Of a stretch of DNA of 64,000 nt, positions 12,274 through 23,978 are shown one piece after another. Every line of letters begins with the position of its first letter. Position 1 is the first letter of the stretch. This stretch comes from Ancylonema sp. Taxonomy: Eukaryota. The DNA is taken from positions 124,001-188,000 of the forward strand of contig JBFLGF010000006.1 of the NCBI GenBank assembly GCA_050230475.1, written 5' to 3'. Under the pieces are notes generated by a model that saw only the letters and a list, made by a program, of their open reading frames with translations, did not search any database and was not told the origin of the DNA. Both the position numbers and the translations under genes were made by a program.

Positions 12274-15200
12274 TGTTAGGACCCTCGCTACAGTCACTAG
12301 GGCTCCCTAGCGAGGCTCCCACACTTAGCACCAGAGCGCTACTAGCGCAGTTGTCCCTATCGCGAGTTTTGTCCCTTTATAGTGATATGTGTGTCCTTAG
12401 CCGCTTTGTCCTTATATCGAGTGCCGACCCTTAGCTTTCCAGTTTGTTCTTATAGAGAGTTCTAGTTATCCCACATCTTGATTAGCTTGTGGATGTCGAC
12501 TTTCACTATATAGTCCATAAGAATGCCTTTGGAGGGAGCATTCCTATCAACTCATGTACTTGCACCGTTGTGCCTTATCATATCAACCCGACCATTTGAT
12601 CATCGGCTCATTAGCCTCCATCCTATCGGCTAATTCGCCATTGTTGTGTGTGTGCACTTGCAACATAGATTGCTAGGAGTTCCATTCCATTCCACTCCTA
12701 ACCTTTGATAGGAATACAATTGAGGTTTTAACTTATTTTAAGGCGAAAATCTAACTTTTTTTTCTGAGTTTCCATTTTTTTTTCCTCATGGAGTTGCAAC
12801 AGATTGTGGATACTTTGAAAGCCATGAGTTTGCAAATGAGCGAGAATATGGAACGGCAAGTAGAAACAGATGAAAGAATCACGACCTTATTCACTCAATC
12901 CAATGAACTTCATGAAAAACAAAAGGTGGTGGAGGCGCACCTCAGCACCCCATCTCCTATCTCAGCCCCACCCCCTTCTTTCCCTCAGCCTATCCATGTT
13001 TCCCCACCAGCCTACCAGCCAACTCCCTCAGAAATGGTCCTTGGTCCTTCCTGATTTACAAAAATATTCAAGAGATTCTGCTGCAAATCTGGCTACCTTT
13101 CTACGACTAGTGCGCAACCAGATCCGGGTGGCTCCTATCAGATTATCTGATCCTGATCATACCGTCCTCTACTTTTCTTCCTTCCTAACTGGTGCTGCTG
13201 GAGAGTGGTTCACTCACCAACACGCCTCCGACAGCAACCTTCCCCGGGCTATGATGTGAACGCTCCTGAAGGGTCTGACTGAGGCTTTTGGCGACATCCC
13301 CTCTAACCTGACCAAGGACGCCAGCTGCGTGAACTCAAGCAGACAAGGGGAGTTCAGGACTTTACTGCCAGGTTCCGAGCCTTAGTCACGGGGTTTCAGG
13401 GGTGGGGAGATCATCCTATGATCTTCACTTACTTTGACAAACTGAAGCCCGAGCTGCGGCAGGAGATCTTGAAGGTTCAGTTACCCCTTGACACCTTCTC
13501 CGAGTATGTTACCTTCGTGAAGAACATCGAGAACGCCCTGGCTGCTGCTCGTTGCTTAGACAAACCTTTCCGCTCCACCTACGTTCCCCCCCAGGCCAGA
13601 GTTGCAGATCAGTCCTCCCAGCCAATCCCCCCTCACCTTCAGGCGGTCCCCACGGAACTAGATGGAACCCGCCGTCCAGTTCTGAAGGTGCACCCCACTG
13701 AGATGGCTCGCCGCGTTGACCGCAATCTCCGCCACTACTGCGGTATCGCTGGACACACTCTCCGATACTGCCCGAACAAGGGGCGGACCCGCACAATGCG
13801 TTTCCTGGATCTGCAACCCGACGAGCCAAAAAACGAACCCCCCACACAGTCCTAGGAGGGGTCTGTGCGGGTCCCCATTCCCTACCCTCCCCCTTTCCCC
13901 AACCCCGCCAGCTCTTGCTGGCCTGCCAAGTCCTACGTTACCCACTTCCCCCCATCCCCATACAAGTGCTGATTGACTCGGGGGCGTCATGCAACTTTGT
14001 TGATCCCCAACTATTGGCAGATAACAACCTTTTACCCCATCCCCACCCCACCCCTATCCCAGTCCAACTCATCGATGGCAGCCCTCCCGCTGCCGGTCCT
14101 ATTACTTGTTTTACCCCGCCTAGATCCGAACCCCAAGGAACCCATACAGAGACACTTACCTTGGATGTCACCCGTCTCGCACATTGCCAAGTCGTCCTCG
14201 GGTTCCCTTGGCTTCACAAACACAACCCCCATATCGATTGGCAGACAGGCACCTTGACCTTCTCCAGCTCCCAATGCGTTGCCCAGTGCCTGCAATCCAG
14301 GTTCCCGCCCCCTCATCCCTCCCGATCCCAAACCAACAACTGCAGTTTTAGCCGCTGTATCCCCCCAGCCGAACCTTACCTTGTTAGCCAAGCTCCCCCT
14401 GCAGTATCACGACTATGCAGACGTGTTTTCTGAGGGCGCTGCAAATACCCTCCCCTCCCCCAGACCCTATGACCTGCAAATCCCCCTCTTACCTGGCAAG
14501 GAACCCCCTTGGGGTCCGATTTACTCCCTCTCCGAACTGAGCTCGCAACTCTAAAGACCTAACATCCAAGACAAATCTGGCAAACGGCTTCATCAGGCCG
14601 TCTACTAGCCCGGGGGGGGCCCCAGTCATGTTTATAAAGAAACCGGACGGCAAACTTAAGGCTCTTGCGTCGACTACAGAGCACTCAACGCGGTCACGGT
14701 AAAGAACCGATGCCCCCTCCCCCTCATACCTGAGATGTTGGATCGGCTTCACCGCGCAAAGGTCTTCACCAAAAATAGATCTGCGCAATGCGTACCATCA
14801 GCTGCGCGTAAAAGAGGGGGATGAGTACAAAACAGCGTTCCGCTGTCGCTATGGGCACTTCGAATACCAGGTCTGCCCTTTCGGTCCTACCAACGCCCCG
14901 GCAGCCTTCCAGTCATTCATCTCCGACGTCTTTCGGGAGTACCTCGATGTCTTCCTAGCGGGCTGCTAGACGAGATAATCTACTCAGACACCGAGGAGGA
15001 ACACGTTCCCCACGTCCGTGCAGTCTTGGCAGTCCTACGCAAACACAAGCTCTACGCTAAATTGGAGAAGTGCGAGTTCCACGTGGACACCATCGCTTTT
15101 CTAGGCTACATCATCTCGCCAGCCGGAGTGGACATGGACCCGGCCAAGGTGGCCTTCCCTCCTTCTTGACTGGCCAATTCCCCAGTCGGTCAAGGAGGTG

Positions 15201-17537
15201 CAGTCTTTCCTAGGCTTTGCCAACTTCTACCGAAAGTTTATCAATGGTTACTCTACCCTAGCCTGTCCCCTCACCTCTCTGACTAGGAAGGGGGCCAAGT
15301 TCTAGTGGACCCCCGAGGCACAGGCAGCTTTTCAGTCCCTCAAGACTGCCTTCACCTCGGCCCCTATCCTGCACCACTTCCAGCCGGACTTACCTATCAC
15401 CATTGAAACGGATGCCTCCGACTTTGGCCTGGGCTGCGTCCTCTCCCGGACTGACACGACAGGCGAGCTCCACCCCATCGCTTACTACTCGAGGAAAATT
15501 TTGTGCTGCGGAGTTTAACTACCCTATCTACGACAAGGAGCTGCTCGCAATTGTCGCTGCTTTCCGCCAGTGGCGGGTCTACCTGGAAGGCGCGGCGCAC
15601 CCTATCATGGTCTACACGGACCACAAGAACCTCGAGTACTTTCAAGCTGCGCAAACCACCTCTAGAAGGCATGCACGGTGGGCCGAGACGCTGGCGGCCT
15701 ACGAGTTCTCTATCGTCTACAAGAAGGGGTCTAGCAATGGCAAGCCGGACGCCCTCTCCCGCACACGTGACTACATGCCGCCAGCCCAATCCCCCCACCC
15801 CATCCTTCCCGATGCAGCTCTTCTACCTATCCCCCCTCTACGAGCTGCAGCCATCCTCCTGTCCCCGTCAGATCCTCTCCTACCTACCATTAAGGAGGCC
15901 TAGCTGGCGGACCCGGCTCTCCAAGCTATTACGACAGACTTGCTACAAAGACCTGCTCGGGAATCAAACCTGAGGCCACCCTCAGGCAGGTCATCGGCTA
16001 ATTACACAATAGTGAGGGCCTACTCTACCGCAACGGCCGTCTGGCTATTCCTCCTACCGCTTGCTTCCCTCATCTTAGCCATTCTAAAACAATATCACGA
16101 TGCGCCCATGGCAGGCCACTTTGGGACTGCCCGGACGCACGCAGTGCTGGCCCAGTACTTTTACTGGCCCGGTCTGTCTACGGCGGTCGAAGACTATGTG
16201 CGCACATGCGACGTCTGCGCCCGGAACAAGCCGGTGCGCCACGCGCCATATGGCCTCCTCTCCCCCTCCCAATCCTAGAGCAGCCCTGGTCTAGTGTGTC
16301 CCTCGACTGGGTCACGACCTACCGCCTAGCGACTACCTGATGCCATACTGGTGGTCGTGGACAGGCTCACTAAGCAGCCCACTTCATCCCTACGACCAAG
16401 GCCAATGGTCCGCCACCACCCTCTCCCCGTTTTTCGCCAACTACGGGTTCCACCCGAAAATTTCGCTGCCCCCTTCCTCTCCCGATTCTCCGAACTCCGC
16501 AGCAGACGATTTCGTCAAAAATATTCACGACGCTCAGGATGTCATTCAAATTGCGCTCCGCCAATCCCAGCGCGCCATGGAGACGTCCGCCACTCGGAAG
16601 CGCAGATCCGCCCCGATTCTCATCCCAGGCCAACAGGTTTGGCTGTTACGCCGCCACGTCGGATCCACTCGTCCTTCGTCAAAATTGGATGTTCGTCGTC
16701 TGGGGCCCTTCCTTGTGATTGGCCAGATCGGGACCTCGGCATATCGCTTGGAGCTGCCGTCCTCCATCAAAATCCACCCGATTTTCCACATCAGCCTCCT
16801 GGAGCCACATGATCCCAACACGTTCCCCAGTCGTGTCGTGGCGCCTCCTCCTCCAGTCAGTGTGGACGGCGCGCCAGAAAGTGAGGTGGCGGAGGTCCTC
16901 GATTCTAAAATCTTGCGGGGCAAGCTGTTTTACCTGGTGAATTGGGTCGGCTACGACGAATCGGAACGTTCTTGGGAGCCCGCGGAAAACATGACACACG
17001 CTGCTGACGTGGTCGCCGACTATCATGCCGCGTTTCCCGATCGCCCGGCGCCTCCCTCATCGCGTCCCGCGCCTTGAGGGGGGGGTACTCTTAGGACCCT
17101 CGCTACAGTCACTAGGGCTCCCTAGCGAGGCTCCCACACTTAGCACTAGAGCGCTACTCAGACGGTTTTCCCTATAGCGAGTTTTGTCCCTTTATAGTGA
17201 TATGTGTGTCCTTAGCCCCTTTGTCCTTATATCGAGTGCCGACCCTTAGCTTTCCAGTTTGTTCTTCTAGAGAGTTCCTAGTTATCCCACATCTTGATTA
17301 GCTTGTGGATGTCGACTTTCACTATAACTAGTCCATAGGAATGCCTTTGGAGCATTCCTATCAACTCATGTACTTGCACCTTGTTGTGCCTTATCATATC
17401 AACCCGACCCTTTGATCATCGGCTCATTAGCCTCCATCCTATCGGCTCAATTCGCCAGTGCTTTGTGTGTGCACTTGCAACATAGGATTGCTAGGAGTTC
17501 CATTCCATTCCATTCCATTTCTATTCTAGTCCTAACA
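12274..17537 (+). mobile_element. Ty3/gypsy chromovirus copy 1 (LTRs 12274-12702 and 17089-17537), degenerate, integrase core deleted near 16408
   Basis: TSD CCCTT; gag with Zn knuckle, protease LIDSGA, RT, RNase H (YDKELLAIV), INT zinc finger, GPF motif, chromodomain (YLVNWVGYDESERSWEP); PPT 17076-17085. Confidence 0.95.
13828..13890 (+). other. Putative -1 ribosomal frameshift signal (A AAA AAC plus downstream stem)
   Basis: The heptamer is in gag phase; the -1 frame is open from 13834 into the protease; stem CCCACACAG/CTGTGCGGG starts 6 nt downstream. Confidence 0.8.
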
Positions 17538-18590
17538 CCCTTGCCTTCCCTTGTGATGCGCCTTGGGTCCACGGGCTCGGAAATCTGCTCCTGCGACAGC
17601 CGCACAGGTGGTTTGCCCAAGTTCGTCCTCGCACTCCTCCGCGGCTGCTGCTGACCCGGATCTCCCTCATCGTCCGAGTCGGAATCATCCCCATCATCCT
17701 CTTCATGCTCGTCATCTGACTCATCCTCCATAAGGTCCGGGAGCACATCCCGAATGATCACCGCCCCTCCTCAAGGCTCTCTGCCCTCCAGACGGGGTGG
17801 TGTCTTATCCCCTCCACCCCCTCCCACTCTCAGAGCGGGAAGAGGGTCATCCTCATCCTCATCCTCTTACTCAAGCACCGGGAACTTTACTCGGGGCTCC
17901 TCCTCCTTCTCTACTTCTCCCCCTTTTTTCGCCCGCCACCATCCTGGCTTAGCGGCTTTGTCGAAGGAGGGGGAGCCAACATTCATCACCCTCTTCTTGC
18001 GGGGGTCCCTAATCCGGTACTCCGGAATCGTCTCCGTGTACCCCACAAGCACCCCCTCCCAAACCAAGATCCCCAACTTCGAGCTCCTGCCTTTCTTCTC
18101 TATCTGATAGAACGCCTTGCACCCGTACGCTCGCATTTGTTTGACACAGGGAACTTTGCCGGACCACAGCTCCTCCGGGGTCTTATCGCCAAGTCCTCTC
18201 ACCAACCCCCGATTTCGCATGTACGAGGCCCATCTCACATCTTCCCCCCATCCCCCGGGACTAAGGTCGGTTTCCGCCATCATCGAACGCGCCCGCTCCT
18301 GCAGCGTCCAATTCATCCTCTCCGCGACCCCGTTGCTCTGCGGGTTCCCGGGTGCGGTGGTCTCCATCGATGTCCTCTTCTCAGCCATCCTCTGCACAAA
18401 CTCAGCTCCTGTGAATTTTGTGCCATTGTCTGACCGCATCTTGCGAATTACACTCCCCACCTCCGCCTCTACCACCGCTTTCCATTCTTTCACCCGTTGC
18501 AGAATGTCCGTTTTCTCCCTCACTAGGAGAATCTAGGACTTGCGGGAATAATCGTCCATAACCACTACCCAATATTTGCTCCCATCCCAT

Positions 18591-21127
18591 GTCATGCCGC
18601 TAGAGATCGTTAGAAAGTAAAGTGTTTTTAATTGTCGATCCGCTTGAAAAATAGCAATTTTGGTAATTGTCAATTTTTAGTCGTTATATCGAACTCTGCC
18701 GTTATACGAGATTCGATCAGTTTGATTTGATGATTTTGTTATACTCAATCAATCCAGAAAAGTCGGTGTACCAATTTTTAGATTTTAATTCAGAGTATTT
18801 TGTCGTATCGACGAGTAAGTAGATTCCCAGTGCGCGCCGAGCTTTATCTCAGTCAGCGAGCCTGGCGTTTAAACAGCCGCACCTGTTAAATCTAGAACTC
18901 TAGAATAGACAGTCACGATTAGATGTCTAGTCGATATTTGTTTTCTACCATAGATCAAGATAAGATCTAGATTACCGCGCGTGTGAAACTGTAAGGACTC
19001 CCTCTATTATCACTAGGATTCCCCTATAGTGTGTCCTACCCTTAGCTAGCTCTTAGCTAGTAATCCCAATTTCCTAGTTATTACGCCCTAATTTGATTAT
19101 TACACTGAATCATCAGTTAGACCTTTATTAGGCCCTAACTTCCCTTTGTTCTTGTAACGAATTATATTTTCAGTTTTCCTTATCTCGAGTTCAGTCCGAC
19201 CCTAGGTTCAAACTAGTATTTAAACCCATCAGTAGTGTTAGTTCAACATCCTGATCAATTCATGTACTAGTTCATATTCATACTTGCACTTTTCAACCCT
19301 TCCAACGTGTATCTGTGTTTGTGAATGAGTGCTTTCCCATAAGCTAGAGCCGCCGCTAATGCGACTCTAACAGAAACGGCGCGTCGATTGTACTAAAGCC
19401 TAAGTCGCTTTCTGAACTTCCGCTGTCAGTTTACGATGTCTGAATTTCAATAACTCTTTGCAATTGCCATCTTTGCAATCTCTGTGAATTCGTGTATTTT
19501 TCAATCGTCAACAATCGTTATCAAGTGTGCCGTTTCGCCTTTGATATTCTCTGTAATTTTCTGCAAACTTCGCGTCGCTCCATCGAGCCGTAAGTTCTGT
19601 GAAATTGCCCGTTTGCTCGTGCGTGCTGTCGCATCTCAAGTAGTACAAAAAGTCGTGTGCCGTTTCGCATACGCATCGTGTGAAATTCTGCCGTAGTCAG
19701 AATTATCGTTACCCTTGCAAAATCGTGACCCTTGCAAGTCGTTGATTGTCAGCCATTTTGCTGACGTCAGAAATCGTTACAATTAGCTGCACCGTTTTGT
19801 GCGAGCTCAGTGAGACAATTCACCCTTTGAATTGCCTGCAACAAATCTAGTGAATCTAGGGGGGGGGAGTGAGATCTTGATGATAATCCGAAGCCCAATC
19901 CTGATGCTACTTATCTAGACAAGCAACCAAGTCATCAAGTATCATCCATCATTTTATCAACGAAGAAAACTACAAAAACTCATGTTCTGCAGTTTTTTCC
20001 AAAATCTGTCGATTTCTTTGGTTTTGAGAGATTTCGTCGACACATTGTCTGCCGACTCCGTCTCGCACATTAGTTATCATACCGTTAGAGATCGTCAGAA
20101 AATAAAGACTTTTTAATTGTCGATCCGCTTGAAAAATAATAGTTTTGGTAATTGTCGATTTTGATTACTATATGAGTTTCGATTAGTCACACGTTTGATT
20201 TCATAATTTTCTTGTACTCAGTAAGTATAGAAAAGTCGGTGTATCATTTTTTAGACCTTGATTCAAAGTATTTTGTGATATCGTCGATATGATATCGACG
20301 AGTTAGAAGATTCCCAATGCGCGCCGAGTTAATTTGAGTCAGCCCGCCTGGCTAGTGAACAGCCGCACGTGTAAAATCTAGAACTCCATAATAGACAGTC
20401 GAGATAAGTTGTCTAGTCGATATTCGTTTTCAGCCTTAGATGATGATAAGATGTATAATATTCCGCGTGCAAAAAGCCGCGTCGATAGTATCTAAGCAAA
20501 AAGTCGCTTCCAGAACTGCTAGCATCCGTTGTCAGTTTATGCTATCTCAATTTTAACAAACTCTTTTGCAATCTTCATTCTCTTGCAATCTCTTTGAATT
20601 CGGGTATTCTAAAATCGTTTACTATCGCTATCAAGTGTGCCGTTTCGCCTGTGATATTCCTTGTGATGTCCAGCAAGCTTTGCGTCGCTTCATTCAGCCG
20701 TAAGTTTCTGAGAAATTACTTGTTTGCTTGTGCGTGCTGCCACATCTCAAGTGACTGAAAATCCGGGTGCCGTTTTGCATACGCATCGTGTGAATATATG
20801 TAGTAGTCAGAATTATCGTTATCCTTGCAATACGTGACCTTTGCAAGTCGTTGATTGCCAGCTGTTTTGGTGACGTCAGAAATCGTTACAAGTTCGTTGC
20901 ACCAACATCAACTACTCTAGTGAGATCTAGATGATGACCCGAAGCCTAATCCTGATGCTGCTCATTCATACAAGGAGCGAAGTCATCAAATATCATATGT
21001 CATTTTCATTGACGAAGAAAAATACAAATACTCGTGTTTTTCAGATTTTTCCAAAATCTAACGATTTCTTTGATATTGAGAGATTTCGTTGACAGGCTTT
21101 CTGTCGACTCCATGTGGCACGTCAGCT
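18591..21127 (+). repeat. Tandem array of a ~1.04-kb LTR-like unit (partial LTR, 75-bp interior with PPT, LTR 19870-20904, 16 bp, partial LTR)
   Basis: 18591-20075 and 20076-21127 are diverged direct repeats; a poly-G PPT at 19858-19869 precedes TGAGATC; the unit ends GCACCA. Confidence 0.7.
18990..19372 (+). mobile_element. Solo LTR related to element E
   Basis: TGTAAGGACTC...GACTCTAACA with perfect TSD GAAAC; similar to the reverse complement of 8949-9320; absent from the sister repeat unit. Confidence 0.9.
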
Positions 21128-21639
21128 TCCTTGCATTTGCCCCTAACACACACGATGGCGAGGTTTTCGATAGGAACAATACAGGTCGACGACAGCAATA
21201 GTGTGCAAGTGAATATTTTCAGTGTCAAATTCAACGAAAGTTGAGATTTGAAAGTGTTAAATAGGGTCTCTATTGTTTCAGACTCAAAATATTCTACTCG
21301 CTCTAAGATACGCGTCACATAAATATATAATCCACTCGGCGCGCACGCTATAATTGGCTACATACATCGCTAATTGATTATGAACCATCGATGTTGAGAA
21401 CTACAATCATGGTCAACTATTTTTGACAAGTTATCAACACGTAGTCTAATCAATTCAAATATCAAGGGAATACTCAAAGTTTGACTATACCAAAATATAA
21501 CAAAGGGCGTCGGTCAGCGACGAAGCTCGGAATGTAATGAGTGGGGGCGGAGTCGTGACTAGGCGGAAAATATAGCGACGCGGCTAGTTTAATATTATAT
21601 TTGAAATATAGGGTTTTTGAGCTAATAACTCAAAGAGGC

Positions 21640-21970
21640 ATGACACACGAGGCTCGAGTGGTGGCAAAGGGGTATACTAAACGAGAGGAGGCGGACTACA
21701 CAAAGATTTCCGCTCCAACCGTCTCCTTTGAATCCATCCAAAACTCTCGTGGCATATGTAGCGAGCGAGAAGCTACAATGGAGTAGATATACGTCTCCAC
21801 AACATTCCTTTTCGCAGACATCGATGGGATGTGATATTCCGGAGGGCATGCTTGAGGACGGCGGTGACAAAGAAATTTGTCTCCGCAAAAACATCTATGG
21901 CCTGAAACAAGCATCGCGACTATGGAACCAACATCCCGACGCAGTTCTTGGAGTTATGGAGTTCTATTGA
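21640..21970 (+). pseudogene. Copia reverse transcriptase fragment
   Basis: ARVVAKGY...APTV and CLRKNIYGLKQASRLWN, with a frameshift. Confidence 0.85.
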
Positions 21971-23978
21971 CTCAGCTCGAAGTTATTTCTTGGAGTTATT
22001 TTTTATAAAAGGAACATTAGTTAACGAAATCATTACCATGACAAGACATGAATTTTAGATGATCAGATTTGCCCACTTGGGGAACAATATAGCGCAATAT
22101 TTTGGATAAGGTCGGGATAGATGATTATACAACATTCAATTTCTAGATGATCTAGGCTTGAAATTTAATTTGATCAAGACATCCTTCTGACTACTATTCG
22201 TTGCTCATCGCTCTTGGTAATAGTGTGTGTCGTTGGTCATTTCCATCTTCCGACAATAAGTGTAACACTCATCGTCGATTACAGCGACAACCAACATGAG
22301 TTTAAGCCTGTCCACACCGGGAAAACAATTTGAGCACATGCTTTCTCTCCCCCTCCGTTCCCAACTGCGTTTCACCACTTCCCACCCACCACAACTACAT
22401 CCTAGCCAAGAAGGGGCTAGCCGACCGGTTGAGAAATGGCTTGCGGCTGGCCAAAAACCACCTAGTGGGTAATATTTGTTGTTGTTGTTGCACCAACAAC
22501 CACCTACAACCAAGAAACAAAAACATGTCAGTCCGCACTCCATGCGATTACTAGTAGTTTGTATTTGCAATGTGTGCACAATGTTTCAAGAAATCAACGA
22601 GAGAAAAAATCAAATAAAACGAGGTGGTACCGTTTTTTAAGATCATTTTCTTTGCATAAATTAACAAATACAATATCCCAAAATTCAAAAGTCATGCAAC
22701 ATACCGATGATGCCGCGCGGAATGATATTTTTAAGTCGACCAAGAATCTAGCGTGAAACTTAACTTCTCCCCACAAACTTCTCAGAATTCTTGAAATGTA
22801 CCACTAACCGCCGTCGGGTAACGAAGGTCCGTAGCGGGTGCTTTCGACTCAATCCACAAGATACTCGACAGTCCGGATCATTGACGTGCCAGATAGGATC
22901 GATAGGGTAAAAGGTCGTTGATGACGTAATCAATTGATGTATGACGTCATAACGTAGTCCATCGACGTGAATTGGTCAATGCCGATATCGGTGACTTTGT
23001 AAGTGTAACAGGGTATCTGCCCTAAGTAAGTAGTTTGGCACGCTTGACTCGCGGCAGTGAACAATCACAAAACGACGGCAGGAACGTCGCCTTGACTCGG
23101 CAACTCTCTCACTGCAGGCAAGCTGACAACTTCTGCGTAAGACTGCACTGCGTGTAATCAGCAGCAAAAAGACTGTTAGTCTGCACATCAACTTGCGTCG
23201 TTGTAAATGTGTGAGTCACGAGGTTGAGTATCAAGTGGCAGTACTGCTGCAGGCACCACATGTGATTGTAAAGATATGTTTGTCTAATGTGTGTGCGCGC
23301 TAGGTTGGGAGAAGTCAACCATGCACATTTGGGCGGTGATCGCCACGTCGCCACTCACTCAGATGGGAATGCTGCCAATGTAATATCCCGCTTGGTCCCA
23401 ATCTGCACGGTAAAAGAATTTGTTGTTCCATGTATCGATGCATCCCCCGATGGTTGCGATGAGTGTGTTCCCGAACACCACATCATAGTCCATGGAAGGG
23501 GAGAGGTGTAATTCCGTCCACACGGTGGTTGGGTTAGAACTGTTTGCACCAATAATGATTGTTTTTTTTTATTCAGTTGTTCCGAGTGTAAGTTTGGTAT
23601 CCCCTGATGCCGTTTTGTTGGGAGTTCCCGGATTGAGGTCCGAATCTTTGATGCCCGATTGTTTTCGATATGGGACGCCCACCATGGTGTTTGTGGCTCC
23701 CAAATCCAAAATGAGCTTGAGTGGTATCGTTTGCTTGATTTGTAAATTGCCATCTTTGTTGTCCACCATAGTAACTTGATATTCTATTGTGTCTTTGGTG
23801 GTGGTGGTATCGCCAACGAACACATAGTTTCCACGGGGTGTTGTGCTGCGGTTAGTTGGGGTTGTGGCTCCTCCAATTTAAGAATGAGATCCTCCACCAT
23901 TTCTAGTGACTTCGTGTTAGTCAATGTAAGTCGTTGCAGATCGAGGTTTTTTCGATTGAGTTCTTCCTGCAACACTTG

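Larger units (their letters stand above)
7700..18595 (-). mobile_element. Ty1/copia element D, 5'-truncated (INT 17538-18595, RT 11751-12273 and 8222-8948, RNase H 7844-8220); hosts two nested elements
   Basis: Motifs RSDNG, QSNGVAER, YKARVVA, QMDVSTAFL, YVDD, YSDAS, SSCEAEY, ADMLTK. PPT at 7821-7830. The left boundary of the 3' LTR is uncertain. Confidence 0.9.

Noticed and set aside
13853..13855. Stop-codon readthrough at the conserved gag TAG
   Set aside because: The protease is in the -1 frame, not in frame with gag.
22200..23350. Cargo gene such as a DNA methyltransferase downstream of the protease in element G
   Set aside because: The frames I read show many stops and no methyltransferase or RT motifs.
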